A DNA stretch of 50,716 bases, taken from a virus. Taxonomy: Duplodnaviria; Caudoviricetes. The notes under the pieces were generated by a model that was not told where the DNA came from, made no database searches, and saw only the letters and a list, made by a program, of their open reading frames with translations. The translations under genes were made by a program, and so were the position numbers. The stretch covers positions 1-50,716 of the IMG/VR virus record IMGVR_UViG_3300026319_000007; one strand, 5' to 3'. Below, in pieces: positions 9,573 through 20,374 of this stretch; within the stretch, counting starts at the first letter, position 1, and every line of letters begins with the position of its first letter.

Positions 9573-9764
9573 ATGGCCGTTTTGACCGTAACCTTTACCG
9601 TTCCCGATTCTCACGCAACGATGCTTGAAAAACTTGAGATGAATGCCACCCAAGTGAGCCTTTCCGACCTTGCCAAACTTGTTGATGATGTTGTCAATGG
9701 GGCGCAAGTTTCCACGACCGTTGTTGACCTTGACGGAAGTCCAGTCGTAACAGTTCCCAAATAA
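9573..9764 (+). CDS. Small virion-associated protein
   Basis: AAGGAG RBS; follows MCP. Confidence 0.6.
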   Translation: MAVLTVTFTVPDSHATMLEKLEMNATQVSLSDLAKLVDDVVNGAQVSTTVVDLDGSPVVTVPK

Positions 9765-9786
9765 TTACTTTTGATCGGAGTTCATT

Positions 9787-11253
9787 ATGAGCATTTTAGT
9801 TCCGTTCAACGGATCTAACTTCATTATTCCCACGCCAAATGAAATCGGTTGGGGAACGAATTTAGACAATTATCTCGTCGCCATTGCCAATGGATGTTTG
9901 CAAAACATTGGTGGAAGTTTTGTTCTGTCCAATGATGTGGACTTTGGTGGAACCAATGGACTCAAGGCAGTCTATTATAAGACTCGATCCACAAACATTG
10001 CATCATCGGGTCAGCTTCGTCTGGCCAATGCTGTCGATTCGATCAGTTGGAGAAACTTTGCCAATGGGGCAGATCTTCCGCTTGCCGTAAATTCCAGCGA
10101 TCAGCTGACGTTCAATGGCATTCCCGTCGCCGTCGGAGGAAGCGGTACGGTCCTTCCGGGAACAGCCAATTCATTGGCCTATTATCCGGCGAGCACAAAC
10201 ACCGTTGATGACCTGCCCGCGATAACCCCTTCACGGGCCTTACAGAGTGATGTCAATGGCCTTCCCGTGGCCGCATCGGTAACCGCAACAGAGCTTGGCT
10301 ATTTATCCGGTGTCACATCGGCATTGCAAAGCCAGCTAAATTTAAAGGCTCCTCTTTCCTCCCCAACATTTACGGGCACGGTCACCATGCCCTCTCCCTT
10401 CACATTGGGAACAACTTCCGTTACATCCACCGGAACGGAATTGAACTATCTCGTTGGCGTGACATCCTCCATTCAAACACAATTGAATGCAAAGGCTTCA
10501 GATTCATTGGTCGTGCACCTTGCTGGAACGGAAACCATCACCGGAGCAAAAACAGTGGCAAATGCCTCATGGCTCCAATCCATCGCCAGTTCCGGTGCCC
10601 AGGTTTTGAACAAATCGACAAACAGCTCGAACACGGCTAGTTCGGATGCCCTGATTTTAACCGAAGTTGGCGGAACATCGGCTGGAGACGCTTTCTTTTC
10701 ATCCATAGTCACTTCGGGCAACTCTTGGTCCTGGGGTCTGGATAATTCAGACAGTGACGCCTGGTGTCTAACAAATGCCGCCACGTTAAATGGAACGAAT
10801 CTTATCAGAGCAACTTCCGCAACGGGAGTGGCGATCAAGGGAGATCCAACAGGGGCGGGAGTGGCCGCTGGAGACATCGGGGAATACCTGACAAATAATG
10901 CCTCGGGAAATTTTCCATCCTCCAATGTTGCTGGAGATATTACCTCACTTACACTGACATCGGGCGACTGGGACGTGGCGGCAAGTGCCAACATAACTCA
11001 TGGTAGCAGTGACACGCGATACATATTCGCAATCTCAAGCGTATCCGGGAATAGTCTCACCGGAGGCGGAATAGCCGATGGACTCAACCTTTTTAGATTT
11101 CCCGGAAGTTCTACTCAGGATAGTGCGATGTTTGTGCCTCGTTATCGCATCCAAGTTGGCAGTACGACAACATACTACTTAAAATATTTTGCTGTATACA
11201 GTGGGTCGACCCCGCAAATTAATGCGTATATTTCGGCCCGAAGAGCTACATAA
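9787..11253 (+). CDS. Tail fibre/spike-like protein
   Basis: Two TELxYLxGVTSxxQxQLNxKA repeats, VVHLAGTETITGAKT motif, beta-rich C-terminal domain. Confidence 0.75.
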   Translation: MSILVPFNGSNFIIPTPNEIGWGTNLDNYLVAIANGCLQNIGGSFVLSNDVDFGGTNGLKAVYYKTRSTNIASSGQLRLANAVDSISWRNFANGADLPLAVNSSDQLTFNGIPVAVGGSGTVLPGTANSLAYYPASTNTVDDLPAITPSRALQSDVNGLPVAASVTATELGYLSGVTSALQSQLNLKAPLSSPTFTGTVTMPSPFTLGTTSVTSTGTELNYLVGVTSSIQTQLNAKASDSLVVHLAGTETITGAKTVANASWLQSIASSGAQVLNKSTNSSNTASSDALILTEVGGTSAGDAFFSSIVTSGNSWSWGLDNSDSDAWCLTNAATLNGTNLIRATSATGVAIKGDPTGAGVAAGDIGEYLTNNASGNFPSSNVAGDITSLTLTSGDWDVAASANITHGSSDTRYIFAISSVSGNSLTGGGIADGLNLFRFPGSSTQDSAMFVPRYRIQVGSTTTYYLKYFAVYSGSTPQINAYISARRAT

Positions 11254-11299
11254 AAATTTCAACCAGATCGTAACCCAAAGATATTTAGGAGAATTAACA

Positions 11300-11647
11300 A
11301 TGATGCCCCATGAAGACGAAAAACAGGATGTGGATATGATTAAGACCGTGCTCCAAAAGATCATCGACGAGATGACCAATATGGAGTCACAGCGGATGTT
11401 GCCGGATGGCCATCCTGCGAAGCATGTTGAAATTGCCGCAAAAGTTGAGCCAGAAGGAAGTCCAGCTGAAGAAGCCGCAGAATCCCCTGAAGCGGAAGGT
11501 TCTGAACATGATGAAGGGGCATTGTCGGATCTTCTTGGCAAGGCTGATCATGCTGATGAGACTGGTGCACTTCCCGAAGACCATGAAGAGGAATTGCCAC
11601 CTGAAATCGCCGCGCTCGTTGCCGAAAAACGCAAGAAGCTTCAATAA
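11300..11647 (+). CDS. Acidic hypothetical protein
   Basis: AGGAGA RBS before ATG 11300; strongly E/D-rich. Confidence 0.65.
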   Translation: MMPHEDEKQDVDMIKTVLQKIIDEMTNMESQRMLPDGHPAKHVEIAAKVEPEGSPAEEAAESPEAEGSEHDEGALSDLLGKADHADETGALPEDHEEELPPEIAALVAEKRKKLQ

Positions 11648-11705
11648 GTTTATATTTAAGTCTATAAATAGACTCAAAGTCTATTTCTTTAAGGAAAAAT
11701 GAACT

Positions 11706-12626
11706 ATGGCAATAGACTACAGCGTGACCACACTTTTGGCTTCAGTCAAACAGCGTAGCATGAGTGCCTCAAATCAAAACCTACTTCTCGATGAAGATAT
11801 GGTACGGATTGCTTCTGAGGAAGTTCAATCGGTGCTGATTCCTTATATTGAATCAATTAAAGGGGAATATTTTGTAAAAAATTTGGATACTCCGTTTATT
11901 CAAAATGTTACAACCTATTTGATGCCCCAACGAGCCACGGGAATGAAACTTCGTGATGTCTGTTTAGTGGATAATCAAGGAAGTGAGGTTCTTTTAAATT
12001 ATATTAATCCTGAAGACCTAAAATCTTCCTGGGCCTATGCACCCTATCAATTTGGCTTTTATCCAAAAGACAATTCGGTTGTTCTCGTTCTGGGAAATCT
12101 CGTGGGAACTGGTAATTATTCTTTTGTCCGATTGATTTACTTTCGGCGTCCAAATACGCTCTGTTTGCAAGGCGCAACAGGGCATGCCGCTACTATTGTC
12201 AATGTGAACTATGGACTGAACCAGATCACGGTTGACTTGGCCCCCTCCGAATGGGTTCCTTCCACAACTTTTGACATAATCAACAGCATGCCACCATTCC
12301 AGTCTTTTGGGGATGACTTGCCAATAACTACGATTGCAGGTAATGTCGTGACGTTTTCTGGCGTCCTTCCGGCGGGACTCTTGAATGGAATGTATCTCTG
12401 CACGGCTAATTTTGCACCGATTGCTCAGGTTCCAGTGGAATGCCAAAGACTTCTTGAATCCCTCACTGCCGCCAGGATTCTGCAATATTCGGGCGATCCG
12501 TCATTCCAGGTTTTTCAGGCCCAGGCGGAGCAGGAAAAGAAAGATTTGATCAATGTCCTGTCACCACGGATCGATGGCAGCCCTCGAAAGATTCCAATCC
12601 GCAATCGCCTGTGGGGCCCGTGGTAA
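11706..12626 (+). CDS. Head-tail adaptor / tail tubular protein A-like
   Basis: Position before the nozzle-like gene; helical termini around a beta core. Confidence 0.6.
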   Translation: MAIDYSVTTLLASVKQRSMSASNQNLLLDEDMVRIASEEVQSVLIPYIESIKGEYFVKNLDTPFIQNVTTYLMPQRATGMKLRDVCLVDNQGSEVLLNYINPEDLKSSWAYAPYQFGFYPKDNSVVLVLGNLVGTGNYSFVRLIYFRRPNTLCLQGATGHAATIVNVNYGLNQITVDLAPSEWVPSTTFDIINSMPPFQSFGDDLPITTIAGNVVTFSGVLPAGLLNGMYLCTANFAPIAQVPVECQRLLESLTAARILQYSGDPSFQVFQAQAEQEKKDLINVLSPRIDGSPRKIPIRNRLWGPW

Positions 12627-12629
12627 GAC

Positions 12630-15125
12630 ATGGCTAAACCTTCTTTTCCAGTACAGCTTCAGGAAACAATTGATCTTCAGCCGGTGGGTCTTTGGACATA
12701 TCCAAACCCGCTATCTGCCGTTCCAAAGGGCGCATTGACGATTGCGGAAAACCTTGTCCTTGACCGCCCGCATGTTCTGGAACCCCGACGGGGGATAAAC
12801 CCTATCGGTCCGGCATTCACCGCAAATGCGAACAAGCTCTATGGATTCCAAAATCAGGTAGTTGCCTCCTACAGCAACAAACTGTCTTATTATTCCTCGG
12901 ACTTTTTAACCCGCACGGACTATTCCGGAACTTTTTCCCCTCCGACCGGGGCCATAACAATCCATTCGACTCTGGCCAACAAAAACATTTATTTCACCAC
13001 GTCAACGGGAGTGAAAAAGCTCGACAGCATCGCGGGAAGCATCACCTTTGCTGGCGCTCCGGCGGGACTCGACGGAAGCGGAACGACGACGGGAGTGGGA
13101 TGGTTTACGAACAACACCCAGGTTGCCTACAGAATTTTATTTGGATATACCGATGCCAACGGAAATTTAATCCTTGGTGCCCCGTCCCAACGAATTGTTG
13201 TCTCGAACAGTAGTGGAGGAACCACAAATGTGTCCCTGACATTCACCCTGCCAGCAGGCTTGACAACTTCGTGGGAATACCAGATCTATAGAAGCCCGAT
13301 GTCGGCCAATCTCACCACTGAGCCAAACGATGAATGTGCGCTGGTCTTTACCGGGAATCCGACAGGAACGGATCTGACAAATGGCTACATAACCTTAACG
13401 GACACAATTGACGACTCCCTGAAAGGGGCCTTCATTTACACGGCATCGAGCCAGCAGGGAATTGCTCAGGCGAATTATCAGCCTCCCATCGCCACGGATG
13501 TCACGACTTTTCGCAACTTCACGTTTTACGCAAACACAACATCGCAACAGCAGTTTTTGATGACTCTTGTAGCGGTTGGCGCTCCAGCACTTCAAAACGG
13601 GGATACACTTACAATTGGCGGAATAACCTACACCGGACAGGCGACCGAGAATATTGGAACAGGGCAATTTCAGATTTTCACTGGAGGAACTCCCTCCCAG
13701 AATATAACCAACACGGCCAACTCAATCGTTCGGGTAATCAATCGGCATGTTGGTTCCACGGTCTATGCCTATTACCAGTCGGGCTATTCGGACCTTCCGG
13801 GAAGGATTCAACTGACTGAACGAGGCATTGGCGGAGCACCTTTTACTGTTGCTTGTTCAAGAAGTGGGGCATTCACTCCCAATATTGGACTCACCACGGG
13901 AACTTCCTTAAACTTAAATTCACCGAATTATGTTTTCATCTCAAAATTTCAGCAACCGGAAGCAGTACCTCTTCTCCAATTTATTCCAGTCGGTGCCGCT
14001 GACAAATCTATTTTGAGAATAATTTCCCTGCGAGACTACATCCTCATTTTCAAGCAGGATGGCGTGTTTCAGATTGTTGGAACTGACACCAACTCATTTC
14101 AGGCTCTTTTAGTTGATTCAACAACTATCCTTCGTGGAATTGAAACAGCTGTTGCTTTAAACAATAAGGTTTTCTTATTTTCAACACAAACAGTTATTTC
14201 ATTAACCTATAATGAAGGGGCAATCCTGAAATCCCAGCCAATCAAGCAGGATTTGCTCACTCTCTCGTCTCCCCTCTTTCCGGGATTCGACAATGCTAGC
14301 TTTGGAATCGCTTATGAATCTGAAAATAAGTATATTCTTGGTACCGTTACTAATACTACTGATACCGTCGCAACTCAGTATTTTGTCTATAATTATATAA
14401 CAGATGCCTGGACACAGTGGATTTTCCCATTCAACATGAAGACGGGATTCGTCAATCCCCTTGACAACAAACTTTATTTTGGATCCGGGGATTCAAACTC
14501 ACGATTTCTTTATCAGGAAAGAAAAAATTATGCAGTCACGGATTATGCCGATAATTCCTATCCCGTGACGGTAACTGGATCTTCCGGAACCACGGTAAAT
14601 CTAACGAGCACAACGAATGTTCAGGTTGGCTTCACCCTCAGCCAATCAGACACGATTGCAATTGTAAAACAGATCGTGAATTCCACGGACATCAAGGTTG
14701 ACCGGATTGCTACCTGGGTGAATGGAGCTGCCCTGGCCTATACTCCGATCCCATTAATGTTTCAGTTCATTCCGGAACCATGTGGAAATCCCGGAATCGT
14801 CAAGCAATTTAAAGAAATTCACACAGTTTTTTCTGCAATTGACTTTACATCAGTTGATCTGGGATGCTCAACAGATTTTTCTGAACAAGTAACAACTTTC
14901 ACCTTAGTTCCAAAATTAACCGGATTCGGAAATCAGGTCTGGGGTAATTCACCCTGGGGAAGCGGAAGCACCCAATTACCCAAGATCATTCGTGGTTTGG
15001 TACCAATCACACAAAGACGGGGGCACTGGTTGATTGTTACTTTGAATGAGTCCCTGGCCCTCACTCACTTCGCCCTTGACGGTTTTGTAATCTACTATCA
15101 ACAAATGTCCCAGAAGTTCCATTAA
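12630..15125 (+). CDS. Tail nozzle / tubular protein B-like (P22 gp10 or T7 gp12 analogue)
   Basis: 831 aa, beta-propeller-like patterns (YFVYNYITDAWTQW); synteny. Confidence 0.65.
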   Translation: MAKPSFPVQLQETIDLQPVGLWTYPNPLSAVPKGALTIAENLVLDRPHVLEPRRGINPIGPAFTANANKLYGFQNQVVASYSNKLSYYSSDFLTRTDYSGTFSPPTGAITIHSTLANKNIYFTTSTGVKKLDSIAGSITFAGAPAGLDGSGTTTGVGWFTNNTQVAYRILFGYTDANGNLILGAPSQRIVVSNSSGGTTNVSLTFTLPAGLTTSWEYQIYRSPMSANLTTEPNDECALVFTGNPTGTDLTNGYITLTDTIDDSLKGAFIYTASSQQGIAQANYQPPIATDVTTFRNFTFYANTTSQQQFLMTLVAVGAPALQNGDTLTIGGITYTGQATENIGTGQFQIFTGGTPSQNITNTANSIVRVINRHVGSTVYAYYQSGYSDLPGRIQLTERGIGGAPFTVACSRSGAFTPNIGLTTGTSLNLNSPNYVFISKFQQPEAVPLLQFIPVGAADKSILRIISLRDYILIFKQDGVFQIVGTDTNSFQALLVDSTTILRGIETAVALNNKVFLFSTQTVISLTYNEGAILKSQPIKQDLLTLSSPLFPGFDNASFGIAYESENKYILGTVTNTTDTVATQYFVYNYITDAWTQWIFPFNMKTGFVNPLDNKLYFGSGDSNSRFLYQERKNYAVTDYADNSYPVTVTGSSGTTVNLTSTTNVQVGFTLSQSDTIAIVKQIVNSTDIKVDRIATWVNGAALAYTPIPLMFQFIPEPCGNPGIVKQFKEIHTVFSAIDFTSVDLGCSTDFSEQVTTFTLVPKLTGFGNQVWGNSPWGSGSTQLPKIIRGLVPITQRRGHWLIVTLNESLALTHFALDGFVIYYQQMSQKFH

Positions 15126-15126
15126 T

Positions 15127-15519
15127 ATGAAGCTTCCAATTATTCCCTCATTAAATCGCCAGGATTTTCAGGAAGCCCCACAATGGGTGAGCAAATTGAT
15201 CTATCCCCTCAATCAGTTCATGACGGCGGTCAATCAGACCTTGGCAAACCAAATTACGCTTCAAGACAACGTTTCAAGTGTGGTCAAACAATTTTCAATT
15301 GTTGGTGGAACCCTGGATACTGACAATATCTTTTCCTTCCCTGTAATCTTCGGCAGGCAGATTGTTGAGCTTAATGCTTACTGTACGAATGCCGATGGGA
15401 GCTACACACCGGTTTATCCACAGGTCAGTTGGAACTTCATCAATAACCAGGTTGTCATCAATGGAATCAAGGGACTCACAACGGGCAAGAAATACAATTT
15501 CACCGTGACCGTGAAATAA
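15127..15519 (+). CDS. Small tail-associated protein
   Basis: Synteny; tight coupling. Confidence 0.55.
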   Translation: MKLPIIPSLNRQDFQEAPQWVSKLIYPLNQFMTAVNQTLANQITLQDNVSSVVKQFSIVGGTLDTDNIFSFPVIFGRQIVELNAYCTNADGSYTPVYPQVSWNFINNQVVINGIKGLTTGKKYNFTVTVK

Positions 15520-15520
15520 A

Positions 15521-17008
15521 ATGTACATAGAGAATCCAGATGAAGAACAGCTGAAGTCCCAATCATCCAGTTCCCCATCAGTGGGAGCAGGGGGAGGAGG
15601 CGTTGCCATAGGAACTGGCGGAACTTCCACAGGTGGAAATCCTTCGACAATTTCTCCGATTCAGACCAATCCGACAAACCAATCATTTGCCACCGTCCAG
15701 GACTATTTAAAAGCCAACCAGCCTCAAGGGGAGGAATTCGGACAACAGTTTGTTTCTACGGTTGGACAGGGAGTCGGGCAGGCCAAGTCGGCCATAGACA
15801 CCTCTTCCCAAAATGCTCAGAATGAAGTCACTGCCGGAACGGTCAATGCAAATCCAGGACTGATCAGCGAGGCCCTAAAAACGCCAGCATTGGTTGCGAA
15901 TGACGCTGGAAAGTTGGCCGAGTTTCAGAAGGAATACAATGCGCAATATTCGGGACCATCTTCTTTTGAGTCTTCTGATCAGTATGCTCCTGCAGCCAGT
16001 GCTGTTAATGCTGCTACCCAGACTGGGACGGAATTGGGAAGCACGGGTGGAAGGGAGCAGATTCTTCAGGATACCTTTGGTGTATATGGCCAGGGAAACA
16101 AGGGACTTGATCAAACGCTTCTACAAAATTCATCGGCTTATCCAAATATACCTCCGCTAGAAAAGAGTTTCCAATCAGTCCAGGATTATCTCAAGGCTGC
16201 CTCGGCCAATACAAATGCGGCGGCCACGAATGCCGCTAAGACGACAGAGGCTACGAAGACCACAGCCACAGCCCCTTTTTCAAACAGCCTCACCAATTTT
16301 CAAAATAAAGTCAATTCAGAGGTTCAGGTTGCCCAACAGCAGGCCCAAACGGGAGGCAGTGCAATCCAGAACGACCTTGCCACTGGAAATGGGGCTGCAC
16401 TTTCCAAAGATCTTAAAGATGCTGGAGTGTCTCCCGAAAATGTAGCCAGCATTTCCGAATATCTCCTTGCATTGAACAAGGACTACAGGCAAAACCCAGA
16501 TTTGTCAAATTATCTCACATCGAATCCGATTTCAGACATAACATCAGCTAACGTTGCAACCCCAGAAGAGTATGCAAATGCAGCAGCCCTACAGAAACTC
16601 ACCGGAACAAATTACTCGGGAGTCCTCAATCCCGCTAATGCGGGCCAGGCTGGAACCGCGAACACACTCCCACAGGTCAATGCCAAAGATCTTCAATCCT
16701 ATCTCCGGAACAATTTAAGCCAGCGCGATTCCGAGATGGTTTCGGGAAAAAATTTAATATCCTCAGTGCTACCGATACTCAATGATCCGAAGGCAGTGCA
16801 GGATTACGCGGGAACGATTAACAATGCCATTTCCCGTCAATTAACGGCGGCATACAGCTCAAATGACCCAAAGCAATATCAGGCAGTGAAGCAGCAGGTT
16901 CAGGCGCTTCATGGACAAATTTTGAACTATATCCGTGAACATTCGGGCGATGATCCTAAGATTGGGCTGACGCTGGGTCCATTGGCACAATCAATCACTC
17001 AAGTATAA
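15521..17008 (+). CDS. Putative internal virion / DNA ejection protein
   Basis: Q/A/N/S-rich helical protein after the nozzle gene. Confidence 0.55.
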   Translation: MYIENPDEEQLKSQSSSSPSVGAGGGGVAIGTGGTSTGGNPSTISPIQTNPTNQSFATVQDYLKANQPQGEEFGQQFVSTVGQGVGQAKSAIDTSSQNAQNEVTAGTVNANPGLISEALKTPALVANDAGKLAEFQKEYNAQYSGPSSFESSDQYAPAASAVNAATQTGTELGSTGGREQILQDTFGVYGQGNKGLDQTLLQNSSAYPNIPPLEKSFQSVQDYLKAASANTNAAATNAAKTTEATKTTATAPFSNSLTNFQNKVNSEVQVAQQQAQTGGSAIQNDLATGNGAALSKDLKDAGVSPENVASISEYLLALNKDYRQNPDLSNYLTSNPISDITSANVATPEEYANAAALQKLTGTNYSGVLNPANAGQAGTANTLPQVNAKDLQSYLRNNLSQRDSEMVSGKNLISSVLPILNDPKAVQDYAGTINNAISRQLTAAYSSNDPKQYQAVKQQVQALHGQILNYIREHSGDDPKIGLTLGPLAQSITQV

Positions 17009-17025
17009 ATTTAAGGAGAACTACA

Positions 17026-18846
17026 ATGGGTTTATTTTCAAGTCTTTTTGGCTCAGCAGGAAGTGACAAGGCCGACAGGATGCGCCAGAGCGCAATCGAC
17101 GCCTTCAACTCCATCAAGACACCTCAACTCTCGGATCTTCAGGTTCAACTGGACAAGGAAGTCAGTGCTGGAACCCTCACGCCAGAGCAGGCAGAGGCAC
17201 AACTTCTCAACTCGAATGCTTTCAATGATATAAAAACTGATCCTTCTCTTACTGGTGCCGCCAAACAGGCATTGACTCAGATGCAGCAGATCGGAACACA
17301 GGGTGGGATGACTGCCATTGATAGAGCACAGTTGCAGGATATCACTAACCAAACCAACCAGCTTGCCCAATCGCGCAATGCGTCCGTCCTGCAGAATGCC
17401 CAGCAACGAGGCATTGGCGGATCTGGAATCGAGTTGGCAAACACTTTATCAAATGAGCAGGCGGCTGCGGATCGCGCTTCCGCCGCAGGAACCAACGTGG
17501 CGGCAAATGCTCAACAGCGAGCTCTTCAAGCCATTCAGGCTGCTGGAGGACTCGGACAATCCCTTGAAGCCCAGCAATACGGGGAAGAGGCAAAGAAGGC
17601 CGAGACTCAGAACGCCATCGACCTCTTCAACAAGCAGACGGCCAATGCCACCAATCTTTACAATGTCGGAACGGCCAACGAGGCGCAGACACGAAACCTT
17701 GCCAATGCCCAGAACATTGCAAACACGAATACCGGCATCGCCAACACAAACAAGACCTACAATGCGGCCCAAAACCAGCAGGTCTTCAATGACGCAATGG
17801 CAAAAGCTTCCGGAGTCGCCAACGAGTACAATCAGGGTGCAACGGCGGCGGAGAAGCAAAAGCAGGAGGAAAGCGGGGCGAATCTGGCCCTTCTTGGTGG
17901 TGGATTAAAAGCTGCCGGTACCGGAGCAGGATTCATGCTGGGAGGCCCAGCCGGAGCCGCAGTAGCCAGCGGCGTGACAAATATTGGTGGTGGTAACACA
18001 ACCAATAAAAACTATAATGAAAATATGCTGCCCGGATATGCCGAGGGCGGAGAGGTTGATCCGAACGAGAACCGATCCATGTCCCCTGATCACGCGGAGC
18101 CGGAAAACAAATATTCCCATGAATGCTACAGCGAATTTTGCCTTCATCCGGAACACGACATTGATCCCCAACCTCCTCTGAATGAGAATAGGGGACTGAC
18201 CCGTGCCGAGGCCGAGCCGGAGAATAAATCCCTGGAGGATGCCTATAATGACTTCGTTCAAAAGTATGCCTATGGGGGCACGGTGAGGATGGCAGACGGG
18301 GGAATGGTAAAGATCAAGTCATCGACCAAGGAACCCCTTCACATGAACCAACCCCATTCGGAAGGATATGCAGATGGCGGCATAGTAGATCCCCAAACAC
18401 AAGATCTTTCAGACAAGCAAAGACTTGACCTTGCAATGGCACAGTCAAATGTTTCCTCTCCACAAAACGCAGCGAATGGTCAAAACAAAATTCCGACCGC
18501 CAGCCATCCCGACGACAAGAATGACCGAAGTCTTCCCTCAAGGCTTGGGCAATTGCTTGGCAGTCATGCTGATATCGCCAATGAGATTGACAGAAATCGG
18601 GGCGGAATGATCCATGATATGCGAAAAGGTGGAATGGTTCCAGGAGTTTCCAAAGTTAGGGGAGATAGTCCAAGAAATGACACCGTTCCAGCCAGATTAA
18701 GCCCAGGTGAGATTGTGCTTCCCCGAACCGTTGCCCAGAATCCCATCAAGGCACCGAACTTCATTAGCAAGACACTATCCCGAGAAGACCCGACATCTCT
18801 TGCGCTTAAACGATTACGTCAAGCACATCTGAACCAAGGAGCATAA
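17026..18846 (+). CDS. Putative ejection (pilot) protein with repeated xAxGG motifs
   Basis: MGLFSSLFG start, Q/A/N-rich helix, Gly-rich hydrophobic segment, C-terminal DTVPARLSPGEIVLP. Confidence 0.6.
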   Translation: MGLFSSLFGSAGSDKADRMRQSAIDAFNSIKTPQLSDLQVQLDKEVSAGTLTPEQAEAQLLNSNAFNDIKTDPSLTGAAKQALTQMQQIGTQGGMTAIDRAQLQDITNQTNQLAQSRNASVLQNAQQRGIGGSGIELANTLSNEQAAADRASAAGTNVAANAQQRALQAIQAAGGLGQSLEAQQYGEEAKKAETQNAIDLFNKQTANATNLYNVGTANEAQTRNLANAQNIANTNTGIANTNKTYNAAQNQQVFNDAMAKASGVANEYNQGATAAEKQKQEESGANLALLGGGLKAAGTGAGFMLGGPAGAAVASGVTNIGGGNTTNKNYNENMLPGYAEGGEVDPNENRSMSPDHAEPENKYSHECYSEFCLHPEHDIDPQPPLNENRGLTRAEAEPENKSLEDAYNDFVQKYAYGGTVRMADGGMVKIKSSTKEPLHMNQPHSEGYADGGIVDPQTQDLSDKQRLDLAMAQSNVSSPQNAANGQNKIPTASHPDDKNDRSLPSRLGQLLGSHADIANEIDRNRGGMIHDMRKGGMVPGVSKVRGDSPRNDTVPARLSPGEIVLPRTVAQNPIKAPNFISKTLSREDPTSLALKRLRQAHLNQGA

Positions 18847-18847
18847 A

Positions 18848-20374
18848 ATGTCTGCTATCTTAGATACTCTTTACAATATTTTCAAAGGTGCAAATCCAGA
18901 CAAATCTGACGAAGAAATCAATGCCCAGGTGAAGTCCTATGCCCAAGATCCGAATCTCCATGAAGCTATGAAGGATCTTCTTCCTCCAACTCCCGATGCC
19001 CAGACAGAAGATCAAGTAATTCCGCCAAAAATGCTAAGTTCTAATATTGCCGCTTTCAAACTTCCTTCCGCAAACTCCACACCAGCCTCGTTCGACATGA
19101 AGGAATCGTCATCTCCCGTCACCATGAATGGGGCGTTACCTTCCATACCCGCCGGAAATGCGGCGCAGCCAAATGTAAATTTGCCTAGCCCAACCCCGGA
19201 GATGGCCACCATACCTCCCGCTGCGGCACCAGCCGCACCAGCTCCATCTACTTCCAAGACTTCGGAAGCAGCCACCTCCACCCCGCACGTGGGCGAAGCT
19301 CCATTGGCCCAAAACCTCTCGGATAACGAGGAACGGCAGAAAATGCTGGCCGACGAGGCCAAGAAAAGAAAGCTTGGTGTTCTTCCCTTGCTCGTTGGCG
19401 GGGCAGGAGATGCAATAAGCACAGCCGCGACCGCATTCGGTGCACAGGCCGGAACCCCGGTTCTTGACCAGATCGTGAAGATGGAATCCGAGAACATCAA
19501 GCAGGATAAGGCTCAATTTGAGACGAACCTGAAAAATGACCCAACTTCCGATGTTTCACGCTCCTACCAAAAGGTCGTGAGCATGATGATGGGCAAGCCA
19601 GCAACGGACCCGGATATACAGAAAATGTCCGCCAACACCATCGCTGCCCAACTTCCTGAAGTGGAGAAGTTCATGGCAAAGGAACTTGGACTAAAGCAGA
19701 TCCAGGCCAATAAAGAACTTTCTATGTCCATGTCCAGAGGAAATGAGAGAGATCGGATGTGGAGTCAGGCCGTCCAAACCATCAACCAGATTCGCGGGGA
19801 CAAGCCCCTCGTGGACTCCGAGGTCATGAGAAATGGAGCCATATCGGCCTACCAGGCCATCGACCACATCCAAAAGCAGGGACGGGCACCGAATCAGTAT
19901 GAATATGTGGACCTTCTTGGCCAGCTTTGGAAGGCCCGAACTGGTGGCACCCTAACGAATGAAGAGCTGAGGCACATGGACGCAAAAACGATTCAGAGTC
20001 AACTTGGACCAATAGGCACCTACTTTACCGGAGATCCCAAAGCCATAACAACTCCTGGCGCAACGAATGCAATAAAAGATTTCGTTGTTCAATCAGGAAA
20101 GACGGCAGACCAGATCCACGACAACTACATGCAGACACGTGGAGTCGGTGCAGCCGCAACGCGAATGAAGGAACTCTATCCCGATGATGCGGACAGACTT
20201 TCCAAGATGGCGCGTGGAATGAGCTTTCAGGACGCCACTGGAATCAGCTATAAAAATCCTGCACAAACCAACCAAAGTGCTGTCCCAACAATCACCAGCG
20301 AACAGGATTATAATCGACTTCCCTCAGGGGCATCTTATCAAGATGCTTCAGGTAAAGTCTATAGGAAAAAGTAA
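18848..20374 (+). CDS. Putative internal virion / ejection protein
   Basis: Synteny; Pro/Ala linker; C-terminal YNRLPSGASYQDASGKVYRK. Confidence 0.55.
   Translation: MSAILDTLYNIFKGANPDKSDEEINAQVKSYAQDPNLHEAMKDLLPPTPDAQTEDQVIPPKMLSSNIAAFKLPSANSTPASFDMKESSSPVTMNGALPSIPAGNAAQPNVNLPSPTPEMATIPPAAAPAAPAPSTSKTSEAATSTPHVGEAPLAQNLSDNEERQKMLADEAKKRKLGVLPLLVGGAGDAISTAATAFGAQAGTPVLDQIVKMESENIKQDKAQFETNLKNDPTSDVSRSYQKVVSMMMGKPATDPDIQKMSANTIAAQLPEVEKFMAKELGLKQIQANKELSMSMSRGNERDRMWSQAVQTINQIRGDKPLVDSEVMRNGAISAYQAIDHIQKQGRAPNQYEYVDLLGQLWKARTGGTLTNEELRHMDAKTIQSQLGPIGTYFTGDPKAITTPGATNAIKDFVVQSGKTADQIHDNYMQTRGVGAAATRMKELYPDDADRLSKMARGMSFQDATGISYKNPAQTNQSAVPTITSEQDYNRLPSGASYQDASGKVYRKK

Noticed and set aside
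17026-18846. Tape measure protein call
   Set aside because: Only the short C-terminal motif matches; no recognisable tail tube, chaperone or baseplate genes, and the context is adaptor, nozzle and ejection proteins
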